Below, piece after piece: positions 37,083 to 46,061 of a stretch of DNA of 64,000 nt (position 1 is the stretch's first letter; each line of letters opens with the position of its first letter). Both the position numbers and the translations under genes were made by a program. Source of the stretch: a virus. The notes under the pieces were generated by a model. The model made no database searches. It worked only from the letters and a program-made list of their open reading frames with translations, and was not told the origin of the DNA. The stretch spans positions 37,842 through 101,841 of the IMG/VR virus record IMGVR_UViG_3300009009_000011; one strand, given 5' to 3'.

Positions 37083-37745
37083 ATGAGTAAAATACAAACA
37101 TATTTAATTGCTGGTGCAATTACAGTATTGTTGGGTTTAGGTTTTTGGGCCGGGTGGAAATCCCACTCGGCTTTAAAACCGTGTCCTATTATTACAACAG
37201 ATACTATAACTATACCTGATACTAATTGGTATCACTTAGAAGATTCTTTAGAGTTAAATATAAAGAATTTAAAAGCTCAAGTTTATTACTGGAAGAATCA
37301 TCGTGATACAATTGTGTTGCCGGGTGATAGTGTTCTTATCCCAGCAGATGTTGATACGGCTGCTATATTGAAAGATTATTTTGCTATTTATAAATATGGA
37401 TGGGCAAAACAAGACTCTAATATTAGTATAGTAGATTCTGTTACTGTAACGCAGAATACTCCTATTGCACACAACATAGATTACAAATTAAATAAACCAT
37501 TTACCACAATTATAAATAATGTGGATAATAGTATAAGCTACAATAATTATTTACAGTTTGGCGTTGGTCTACCTGTGTATAGAATTAAAGCTGATAGTAC
37601 TGAATCTGTTAATTTAAATAATATTAGATTAGAGTTAACATACGTATTTAAAAAAGGTTATGCCGGAATAGATTGGCAACCAAATACAAATACTATAGAG
37701 GCTAGACTAGGTACTACGATATTAAAATTTAAAAATAAGAAGTAA
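37083..37745 (+). CDS. membrane-anchored lysis accessory protein (spanin-like)
   Basis: N-terminal TM anchor, short coiled coil, DTAAILKDYF, C-terminal amphipathic beta strands. Confidence 0.45.
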   Translation: MSKIQTYLIAGAITVLLGLGFWAGWKSHSALKPCPIITTDTITIPDTNWYHLEDSLELNIKNLKAQVYYWKNHRDTIVLPGDSVLIPADVDTAAILKDYFAIYKYGWAKQDSNISIVDSVTVTQNTPIAHNIDYKLNKPFTTIINNVDNSISYNNYLQFGVGLPVYRIKADSTESVNLNNIRLELTYVFKKGYAGIDWQPNTNTIEARLGTTILKFKNKK

Positions 37746-38434
37746 TGACTTTTGTAACTCTTAATACTATAATAACAGATATATTAAATATATTAAGGCA
37801 ATCTAATGTTGCTGATACAGAAACTATATCTAAACGTAGAATAGAAGATAAGATTCATCAGGTTAGGGCCTTATTACTAAAACGAGATTTAGATAAAGGT
37901 AAGAAGCCTAACCCTGATTATATACAAGAAATTGGTAATTTAAAACTCGAGAAGGTAGAATTAGCAGGGGATGATATTACTTCTTACGGTGTAGAGACTG
38001 GTACGTATATTTATAGGACTGCATTAGAAATACCTAAAACCCTTGATTTAAATTATGCATCTGGTTTCATGTATGTAGGTACTCCAGTGGGTGATGAGAT
38101 ACAGTTTATTCCTGAAGGTAGGTCTAGGTGGCAGAGGTACAAAAAATATACACCGTCTGATAAGATGGCATTTCTAAGAGATAACAGATTATATATTATT
38201 AACCCAGAGGCAATACAGTTTATTACAGTTCGTGGTGTGTTTGAGATCCCTTCTGAGGTTAGTAGATTTGTGAATCCTATTACAGATCAACCTTATTTTG
38301 ATTATGATTCTAAATATCCGATACCAATAAACATGTTATCAGATTTAAAGAACCTAGTTATACAATCTGAATTTAAAGTAGAATTATCAACACAGGCTGA
38401 TGTTACAAATGACTCAGCAAACAATCCACAGTAA
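37745..38434 (+). CDS. tail ring protein
   Basis: TLNTII..I...IHQVRALL...VRGVFEIP...YPIP; start of the conserved crAss tail block. Confidence 0.7.
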   Translation: MTFVTLNTIITDILNILRQSNVADTETISKRRIEDKIHQVRALLLKRDLDKGKKPNPDYIQEIGNLKLEKVELAGDDITSYGVETGTYIYRTALEIPKTLDLNYASGFMYVGTPVGDEIQFIPEGRSRWQRYKKYTPSDKMAFLRDNRLYIINPEAIQFITVRGVFEIPSEVSRFVNPITDQPYFDYDSKYPIPINMLSDLKNLVIQSEFKVELSTQADVTNDSANNPQ

Positions 38435-38899
38435 ATGTTTTTTTCCAGAGGCAAAAATAAAGTACAGGATCTTCATAACTTGAAGGACTCTTATGTACAT
38501 TACATAGATAATTTAGATGATAATAAAACTTATGAGGTGGGGTATGAATTATACAGAAGTATTATAAGTAGATATTATAAATTATTAATGTTTGAAATAT
38601 TACATGGATATGAATTTCGTTTACCGTTTGGGTTTGGTTATATGAATATTATTAAGCGTAAAGTTAATATACATTCTTTAACTAGATTTGGTATAGATTG
38701 GACAGAGAGTGTTAAGAACAAGAAAGTTATATATTATTTAAATTCTCATTCTAAAAGTTATATATATAGGTTTAAATGGGCGAAGGAGACATCTAAAATC
38801 CCTAATCTGTATTTCTATAAGTTTGTTGCGTCTAGGGAAAACAAACGTGAACTAGCACGTATAATTAAAAATCGTGAATGTGATTTTTTTGAAGGATAA
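38435..38899 (+). CDS. IHF-like protein of the crAss tail block
   Basis: FRLPFGFGYMNIIK, IDWTES, IYYLNSHS..Y.YRFKW, YKFVASRENKRELA. Confidence 0.7.
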   Translation: MFFSRGKNKVQDLHNLKDSYVHYIDNLDDNKTYEVGYELYRSIISRYYKLLMFEILHGYEFRLPFGFGYMNIIKRKVNIHSLTRFGIDWTESVKNKKVIYYLNSHSKSYIYRFKWAKETSKIPNLYFYKFVASRENKRELARIIKNRECDFFEG

Positions 38900-38902
38900 A
38901 TT

Positions 38903-39817
38903 ATGATTTACAAAACTACAAGTATTAAAAGAGTTATATCTAAGGTGTTCACCGATCTTGATTTACAAGAAGGTGACCACAGGGTATCTGACATGATTGA
39001 GTGGGTTGGCGAAGCTCTTGAAAAGATTGGGGCATTTCCTGCATTTGTTAACAAGGTTACAGGTAAAGATGGTAATCCTATTCTTGTTGTGTCTGGGTAT
39101 CAGACAAAACTCCCTAATGATTTTCATAGGTTAATTCAGGTTAGTTTTTCTACAGTGGAGTCAGGTCCTTATTATCCAATGAGATATGCAACTGGTTCTT
39201 TTGATTTTGGGTCAGTAGTGAATACCACAAGTGACACAGAAGCCGTTTACCCAGAATCTGCTTTGATTTCATTAGCAATGGATCTGTATGATCTAGATTA
39301 TGAAGATGCCTTAGCTTATATTAATGCACATTCCAACATACGATCTATATTGAATTCTTTGTTAGCTCAGTCTGGTACATATAGTACTACAAATGAACAA
39401 GACGATTTATTGAATACAACTATTGATTATACTTATTTAATTACAGATAATTATATAAAGACTAATCAAGAGACGGGTTATATAATGTTGGCTTATCAAG
39501 CTATACCGACAGACAATAATGGTTACCCTTTAATACCAGATGATGCATCTTTTATGGAAGCATTGTATTGGTATATAGTAACAAAATTATTATATCCACA
39601 ATGGAAACTTGGCACGATTAGAGATGCTGTGTATTATGATGCTAGGCGTTCTTGGAATTTTTATTGTAAGCAGGCGTATGGTAATGCATTGATGCCTAAT
39701 AAGGATCAATTAGAAAGTATAAAGAATACTTGGTTAAGGTTAGTACCGGAGATTAATGAACATGCAACAGGCTTTTCAACGTTAGGTGAAAGGCAGAATA
39801 TATATGATGCCAATTAA
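38903..39817 (+). CDS. tail ring / tail tubular protein (P22 gp4-like position)
   Basis: IEWVGEALEKIG, KLPNDF, YQAIPTDNNGYPLIPD, EALYWYI, W.FYC.QA. Confidence 0.75.
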   Translation: MIYKTTSIKRVISKVFTDLDLQEGDHRVSDMIEWVGEALEKIGAFPAFVNKVTGKDGNPILVVSGYQTKLPNDFHRLIQVSFSTVESGPYYPMRYATGSFDFGSVVNTTSDTEAVYPESALISLAMDLYDLDYEDALAYINAHSNIRSILNSLLAQSGTYSTTNEQDDLLNTTIDYTYLITDNYIKTNQETGYIMLAYQAIPTDNNGYPLIPDDASFMEALYWYIVTKLLYPQWKLGTIRDAVYYDARRSWNFYCKQAYGNALMPNKDQLESIKNTWLRLVPEINEHATGFSTLGERQNIYDAN

Positions 39818-42800
39818 TGGATGTAATTAATACATTTGTAGGTGGGATGCGTAAGGACATTGACAAATCGTTGATGTCTAATAAGACGTATTTAGATGCG
39901 CATAACTTTCGTATTGTAACAACTAAAGGTTCAACAAGTGGGTCCTTAGAGAATATCAAAGGTAATATTGTGTTGAGCACAGGCGATGTTATAACATCTG
40001 GTCAACGTATTATAGGTTCGTGTGAGATTAGGGACAAGCTTGTATTGTTTACTACTAATAATTTAACACCGGGTACACCGGCTAGTGGTACAAGTAAAAT
40101 ATATGTTGCTGAAATAAATTTAATTACAGAGGCACAAACTTCATTAACTTGTATTTATGATGATAATTTAAATGCAGGTTTGGGTACATCAGACTTTCTT
40201 AATTTTAGTGTAGCCTACCCAATAAAAGCTGTATGTAGATATGAAACTCCAAATATACAAAAAGTGTATTGGACAGACGGTTATAATAATGTTAGGTTTT
40301 GTGACATCGGTAAATATTTAACTGTAGATGGTGAGGCTTATGTAAACCCTGGGGATTATATGTCCGTAGACAAGTTTGAGTTTTTACCAAAGTTTGTTGG
40401 GTCTAAGCCAACGTTGTCTAATATAGTAGGGGGTAAATTAAGGTCTGGTATAGTTGCGTATTCATACCAGTTATACAATTTGAATGGGGCTGAGACTTCG
40501 TTCTCTCCAACAAGTGATCCTTTTGCTGTTACGTCGTGTAATGATTTTATGTCAAACACATTTACTTATCGTGGTGATAGTGAAGAAAAGAATACAGGAA
40601 AAGGGTTTATCATATCAATAAATAATACAGCAAACACAGGTTATAATAGGTTAAGGTTAATTCGTATAGAGTATTCGGCTATTAATGAGTTACCAAAGAT
40701 TTATATATGTAACGAAATAGAAATAGATACTGCAGGTAGTACTGTTTTAATTACAGATATTGGTGATGTAATCGGGGAGCTTACAGTAGATGAATTTAAT
40801 ATAATATCTACTGAATTGTTTTCATGTCAAGACTTAGCAATAAAGGACAACAGATTGTTTGCTGCTAATATTGAGAAGTCAGATTTTACTGTTGATAGTT
40901 TTGATTGTCGTGCTATAAGGTTTAGGGCTGGGGAAGTACTATCTAGTTCTGATATAACTAATTCAATAGCTGCTATAGACCATGCTGATTCTGAAGTTAC
41001 TATTTCTAGGCAAGGAGATAGCACCATATTAGTTACAATTACAACTGCTAGTACATATTTAGGTATACCATCAGGTCGCACTGTTTTAGATGGTATAGGC
41101 ACAGGTAATGGTTTTACAGCAGTTGCTACAGTCAGAACTGTTGGTAATGTTGTATCTGGTGTATGGTATGATGCAGCTAGCAATCCTACAGGTTATTCTT
41201 CTACGGTTGCAGAAACTTCTCTTGCATTAGATTCTTATACAGCTGCTACAGATACTTTAACATTTACTGCAACTACTATTGGTTCTGCTTATTTTGGTCC
41301 AGCGTTTTGGAGTATACATTATGGGTTTGTATATGAAATAATATTTACATATAATTATACTTATGATACATCATATGAAGATGCGTATCTTTATGATACA
41401 GATGGTGTAAGTTCTATAATTATAACGAAACCCACAGACCCTGATGTTGTAGCAGATTGGAACACAGCAGGGTGGACTAATTATACATCAGATCACGATG
41501 GTATAAATATATATAATAATCCTGACAATGATGGTGATTATTTATATCGCTATGTGTATCAAGGAGACTGTCAAACTATAGGAGCGGAAGGTCCTAATGT
41601 TAAAATAGATTTTGAGACAGAGTCTTTTGTATTAGACTCTTCTGGTAATGATGCAATATTTTATGCATCAACTCCAGGTACTGGTGTTAATACATCGTAT
41701 ACAAACTATGCTAGTGTTTGGCAAGGTGGTAAATTATCTTGGCAACGTGATGAGATATATAGGTTGTATGCTGTGTGGGGTAACGATAGGGGGCAATTAT
41801 CAGATCCTAAGTGGATTATAGATTTACGTATGCCTAGTTTTCATGAGGCTGATTTTACTAACAGCTCTAGTGAAACTGTTAAGGCCAGTGTTTTAGCAGA
41901 TATAAGTGGTACTACTGTAGTATCATATAGGCTGTATCCACGAATACTTTTTAAATCATTTCCAAGTAATGCAACTTGGGTTCAAGTGTATAGGGTTAAA
42001 AGAGATCGTGCAGATAGGTCTGTTGTTACACAAGGTCTAGCAATACCAACTAATAATGCTGCTGAGGAATATACTGCACTAGATTTAGATAATGTAATAT
42101 TAGCAACAAATGGTATAGAATTAGTAAAACTTGTTTCACCAGAAATAAACATCAATAAAAATATAGCCAAACAAGCTAATGATTATATTGAGTATATTAC
42201 TCATTTTTATGGGACTCCTGGGACTACTACTGTTAAAACACCTAGTACTACAGATGGTTATTATAGATATATTCATAAGTTAAAAGAGAATACTCGTGTA
42301 GCATACACAGTAGGTTGTAAGAGTGTTGTAAATGATGCTATTGCTATATTACCACACTCTGCTAGTACAGAAGATGTTACAGTAGATGGAAAACAATATA
42401 CTAATTATCATTCTGCCCATGCTAAAGGTTCTACAGGTCTATTAATATCTTATGATAATGAAACATGGGCTGCGGAAGGGGCAAGATATGTTTTAGTTAA
42501 TTATAAGTCAGATAATTATGGTTCACAGTATGGTGGGTACACTTTTGAAGACAGGGCTTATAATGTATCTATACCTTGTTCTGATATAATAAAATATAAT
42601 CAAGTTAGTACTTGGTTTGACATTGATGGTGGGGATACATTTATAAATTATTATGATGTGTCTACCTTCTTGTTTGATTTAGCACAAGCTGATAACGGGG
42701 CGTCTTTTTCAGAATCAGCATATGTACCATTAGAGAGTTCTGTAAATTGTGATTTAAGGTATGATGATAGTCAAGCACACTTAACTTATTCAAATACAGA

Positions 42801-44109
42801 CGCCACACTTAGGCAAGAGTATGCTGGTACACACGTATTATCGGATGGTAGTGAATATATACAAGACAAAGATTTGTATTTATATAATACGGTATATTCT
42901 CAATTGATAGACATTAAGTATGCTATATCATTACCCTCAGATGCTGTTATAGAGACAGATTTTGATTGCATGGTTAAGGCATCTAATGTTAAAGATAATG
43001 GTGAACTGTCTGATTCGTGGACTAAATTTGGAGTTAATGAGTTTATAGAAGTAGAGACTTCTTATGGGCCAATTAATGCATTGTCTAATTTTAATGACAG
43101 GTTAATATATTTTCAAGACAAAGCCTTTGGTTTATTGTCAATCAACGAACGTTCATTAATAACAGATCAAGCATCTGCTGCTTTAGTTTTAGGCACCGGG
43201 GGGATATTAGATAGGTATACTTATGTTGCTAACCAGACAGGCTGTAAAGATAAATTTAGTATATGTAATTCTAAATCTGGTTTGTATTGGTATGACAGGT
43301 TAATTAATTCTATATATAGATATTCAGATACACTTATTAATTTAACTAAGGTTAAAGAGTTACAGTCTTATTTAGACAATTCTACTGTTATAACAAGTGC
43401 AGCAAAAGTATTAAGCTATTCTGATATTAAAAATGATGAAGTTTTATTTACTTTTTATCAAGAAAGTGCAACAAGTGGGTTCACTATTTCGTATAATGAA
43501 TTAGTAGATGCATACGTTTCATTCTATGATTTTATACCTACAATATATATACCTTTTAATTTTAGGTATTTGACTACTACTAATAGTTATTATTGCAGTT
43601 CTGATTTTAACAGAGACCGTCTATTCCTGCACGATAGTTCAACATGGGATAGGTGTTATTTCTATGCCCTTACTACAGGGGTTGCAGGAAAGTATGTGGA
43701 TTCTACATTGAAGTTATTATTTAACCCTGAGTATGAATATACTAAGGTGTTTGATAATTTCTTTTATATATCTAATTCATATTCAACTACGGCTGATATA
43801 TTTGCAGATACGTTTGCAACTGTTAGGTGTTATAATGATTATCAGAATACAGACTATATTACATTAACCCCTACAACTAATATTAGGCGTAGGGAGCGTG
43901 GGTGGACTTTAGCAGTACCACGTAATGCTGTTAATGCTAACGTTAGTACTAACCCTGATATATTCAGTGCACTTGATCAATCACAAACATTCAAAGAGCG
44001 TATGAGGGACAAATACCTTATATCTGATTTTACATATGACAATGATGGTACATATGATAGGTTTGTAATATCTAATATGGGGCTACGCTATCGCAGTAGC
44101 ATAAGGTAA
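39817..44109 (+). CDS. muzzle / tail stabilization protein (P22 gp10-like)
   Basis: NTFVGGMRKD, AHNFRI, KVYWTDG, KDNRLFAANI, GGDTFI, YLYNTVYS, YGPINAL, TKVFDN, ERMRDKY. Confidence 0.85.
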   Translation: MDVINTFVGGMRKDIDKSLMSNKTYLDAHNFRIVTTKGSTSGSLENIKGNIVLSTGDVITSGQRIIGSCEIRDKLVLFTTNNLTPGTPASGTSKIYVAEINLITEAQTSLTCIYDDNLNAGLGTSDFLNFSVAYPIKAVCRYETPNIQKVYWTDGYNNVRFCDIGKYLTVDGEAYVNPGDYMSVDKFEFLPKFVGSKPTLSNIVGGKLRSGIVAYSYQLYNLNGAETSFSPTSDPFAVTSCNDFMSNTFTYRGDSEEKNTGKGFIISINNTANTGYNRLRLIRIEYSAINELPKIYICNEIEIDTAGSTVLITDIGDVIGELTVDEFNIISTELFSCQDLAIKDNRLFAANIEKSDFTVDSFDCRAIRFRAGEVLSSSDITNSIAAIDHADSEVTISRQGDSTILVTITTASTYLGIPSGRTVLDGIGTGNGFTAVATVRTVGNVVSGVWYDAASNPTGYSSTVAETSLALDSYTAATDTLTFTATTIGSAYFGPAFWSIHYGFVYEIIFTYNYTYDTSYEDAYLYDTDGVSSIIITKPTDPDVVADWNTAGWTNYTSDHDGINIYNNPDNDGDYLYRYVYQGDCQTIGAEGPNVKIDFETESFVLDSSGNDAIFYASTPGTGVNTSYTNYASVWQGGKLSWQRDEIYRLYAVWGNDRGQLSDPKWIIDLRMPSFHEADFTNSSSETVKASVLADISGTTVVSYRLYPRILFKSFPSNATWVQVYRVKRDRADRSVVTQGLAIPTNNAAEEYTALDLDNVILATNGIELVKLVSPEININKNIAKQANDYIEYITHFYGTPGTTTVKTPSTTDGYYRYIHKLKENTRVAYTVGCKSVVNDAIAILPHSASTEDVTVDGKQYTNYHSAHAKGSTGLLISYDNETWAAEGARYVLVNYKSDNYGSQYGGYTFEDRAYNVSIPCSDIIKYNQVSTWFDIDGGDTFINYYDVSTFLFDLAQADNGASFSESAYVPLESSVNCDLRYDDSQAHLTYSNTDATLRQEYAGTHVLSDGSEYIQDKDLYLYNTVYSQLIDIKYAISLPSDAVIETDFDCMVKASNVKDNGELSDSWTKFGVNEFIEVETSYGPINALSNFNDRLIYFQDKAFGLLSINERSLITDQASAALVLGTGGILDRYTYVANQTGCKDKFSICNSKSGLYWYDRLINSIYRYSDTLINLTKVKELQSYLDNSTVITSAAKVLSYSDIKNDEVLFTFYQESATSGFTISYNELVDAYVSFYDFIPTIYIPFNFRYLTTTNSYYCSSDFNRDRLFLHDSSTWDRCYFYALTTGVAGKYVDSTLKLLFNPEYEYTKVFDNFFYISNSYSTTADIFADTFATVRCYNDYQNTDYITLTPTTNIRRRERGWTLAVPRNAVNANVSTNPDIFSALDQSQTFKERMRDKYLISDFTYDNDGTYDRFVISNMGLRYRSSIR
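43467..43496 (+). promoter_or_regulatory. possible internal promoter copy upstream of the cargo/RNAP genes
   Basis: TGCAAC-N17-CGTATAA; shares AAAGTGCAACAA with copy 2; spacer is one base longer. Confidence 0.35.
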
Positions 44110-45104
44110 TGGCAATACATATTAAAAAAAGTAAAGTTGGTTCTTTGCACAAACACCTTGGCGTTAAGAAAGGTGATAAGATACCAGCATCTAAATTAAA
44201 GGATAAACCCGGTGATTCTAAGGCTGTTAAAAAGAAAAAAGTATTTGCTAGGAATGCTAAGAAGTGGAAACATCCAGAAGGTGGTACAGTTCGTCCAACT
44301 AAGACTTCTATGGTAGTTAGTAATAATGTGTGGACTCCACAAACTAGGCAAAGTATATATCCTTTATTAGCTAAGGCTGGTATGGTTGGTCATGGAGCTG
44401 ATAGTTTAACATTAGACCAATGGAATAAACTTATACCAGAAGATACAATGAAATATATGAATAGAGATAAAGGGTTTGATTATACTGTTGGTAATACAGC
44501 TAATCCTGGCGGAGTTAAATACTGGTCTATGGATTTAGTACCTAATATGCAGAGTTATGTACCAAATAGTAATAGTACTAATTATTTAACAGAGAGGTCT
44601 AATACTAAATATCCTGGTGGTGGCCAAGTTATGAGTGGTATAGGTGGTGTATTAGGTGCTATACCAACACCATATACACAAATTGCTGGTGCAGTTCTTA
44701 ACTTTGGTGGCATGTTGTTATCTGGTAATGAACAGAAGAAGGCTGAAGAAAAAGCAGCTTTACAAGATTACCAGACTAGTGCACAGAATGCAGCTAGGTT
44801 ATCTAACAGTAAAACACGTAATCCGTTTACTACTACATTTGCATATGGTGGTCTTGCACCTAATGGTACACCTATTGAAGTTGAAGATGAAGAAGTTATG
44901 CGTAATCCAAATGATGGTAGTATGGTTGAGTTTGATGGGGCTACACATGCACAAGGTGGCATAGATGTAGAAGCAGAACCAGGCTCACAAATATTTGGTA
45001 ATTTAAAAATTAAGTCAGGTACATACAAAGGTATGGAATATAAAGAAGCTGCTCAAGTTATTAAGGATAAGATTGCTAGGTTACAAAAAAAATTAGATAA
45101 GTAA
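44109..45104 (+). CDS. virion cargo (ejection) protein, N-terminal part
   Basis: Lys-rich N-terminus ...VFARNAKKWKH, Gly-rich amphipathic segment, EVEDEEV...GATHAQGGI; follows the muzzle gene. Confidence 0.65.
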   Translation: MAIHIKKSKVGSLHKHLGVKKGDKIPASKLKDKPGDSKAVKKKKVFARNAKKWKHPEGGTVRPTKTSMVVSNNVWTPQTRQSIYPLLAKAGMVGHGADSLTLDQWNKLIPEDTMKYMNRDKGFDYTVGNTANPGGVKYWSMDLVPNMQSYVPNSNSTNYLTERSNTKYPGGGQVMSGIGGVLGAIPTPYTQIAGAVLNFGGMLLSGNEQKKAEEKAALQDYQTSAQNAARLSNSKTRNPFTTTFAYGGLAPNGTPIEVEDEEVMRNPNDGSMVEFDGATHAQGGIDVEAEPGSQIFGNLKIKSGTYKGMEYKEAAQVIKDKIARLQKKLDK

Positions 45105-46060
45105 TGGCAACATTGATTGATAAATATAGTATAGAGAAAATGATTGATCGTTATCAGAAAGAGTTAGATCAATTGTTTGCAGAACAAGAAACTTTAAAGG
45201 TTAAGGCTAATCCATTTAGAAGACTTAAGGCTAAAGGTGGTTTAGATGTACCAGAAGATTATAGATTTAATACAGCATATAATGCAGATGATTATATAGC
45301 ATTAGAAGAAGGTAATAATCCAGGGATACAAAATGTTGGTCAGTATTTAAATACAGCAGAACCTACACAATCCCCAAAAGGTGTTTTTAATTTTAGGGAT
45401 AAATTTGATATATTTCTTGCTAATGCTGCTGATAAATTAAAAAATGCTGATTGGGATAAGATAGGTAATAGTGCTATGCAAATGGCATCTCCTATGTATA
45501 ATATAGTAAAAGGTTTATCCAAACCTACTAAAACATTACCTAAGTATAATCCTTACAATGATTATATAAGGTCGTTGATGAGGAATAGGCGATTTAATAT
45601 TGATCCACTGCTTAATAAGAATTTAGTTGCAAATGCTGTTGCAAATAAGAATATAAGTAATGTTGCTAGGTCTCGTGGGGAGTTAATGAGTAACCTTGGA
45701 GCAGCACAGAATTACCGTATGACAGGTGATATGGCGGCATACGCACATAAGGATAACATGGATAATCAGTATATGGCAGAAGAAGCACAGATGGATTATG
45801 GTGTAGGTCGTGATATATCTCAAATGGATTGGGGTACACAGATAGCTAATGAACAGAATAAGGCTGCAAGGAATCAGTTTTTAGGGCAGGGTATGGTAGA
45901 CTTTGGTCAGTTTGCTCAGGTTCAGCAGCAAATGAAAAATCAGAAAGGTAGGGATCAACAATTAGCTGGTATATGGCAGGATTCTTATCCGTTTATGTCT
46001 CAGTTTATGCCAAATGTTCAAAGCATTGTAGACTACGCCAATCAACTTAAAACAACATAA
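45104..46060 (+). CDS. virion cargo (ejection) protein
   Basis: N/Q/M-rich helical protein, NPY...RFNIDP. Confidence 0.6.
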   Translation: MATLIDKYSIEKMIDRYQKELDQLFAEQETLKVKANPFRRLKAKGGLDVPEDYRFNTAYNADDYIALEEGNNPGIQNVGQYLNTAEPTQSPKGVFNFRDKFDIFLANAADKLKNADWDKIGNSAMQMASPMYNIVKGLSKPTKTLPKYNPYNDYIRSLMRNRRFNIDPLLNKNLVANAVANKNISNVARSRGELMSNLGAAQNYRMTGDMAAYAHKDNMDNQYMAEEAQMDYGVGRDISQMDWGTQIANEQNKAARNQFLGQGMVDFGQFAQVQQQMKNQKGRDQQLAGIWQDSYPFMSQFMPNVQSIVDYANQLKTT

Positions 46061-46061
46061 T

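Noticed and set aside
3366-38437. In-frame zero-gap stop-start junctions (3368/3369, 4247/4248, 24501/24502, 38434/38435) as readthrough fusions
   Set aside because: All use TAA, the least leaky stop, and join unrelated proteins. Translational coupling is a sufficient explanation.
45084-45106. Programmed -1 frameshift at the A-run joining the two cargo ORFs
   Set aside because: The -1 frame meets TAA at 45098-45100, before the downstream ORF begins.
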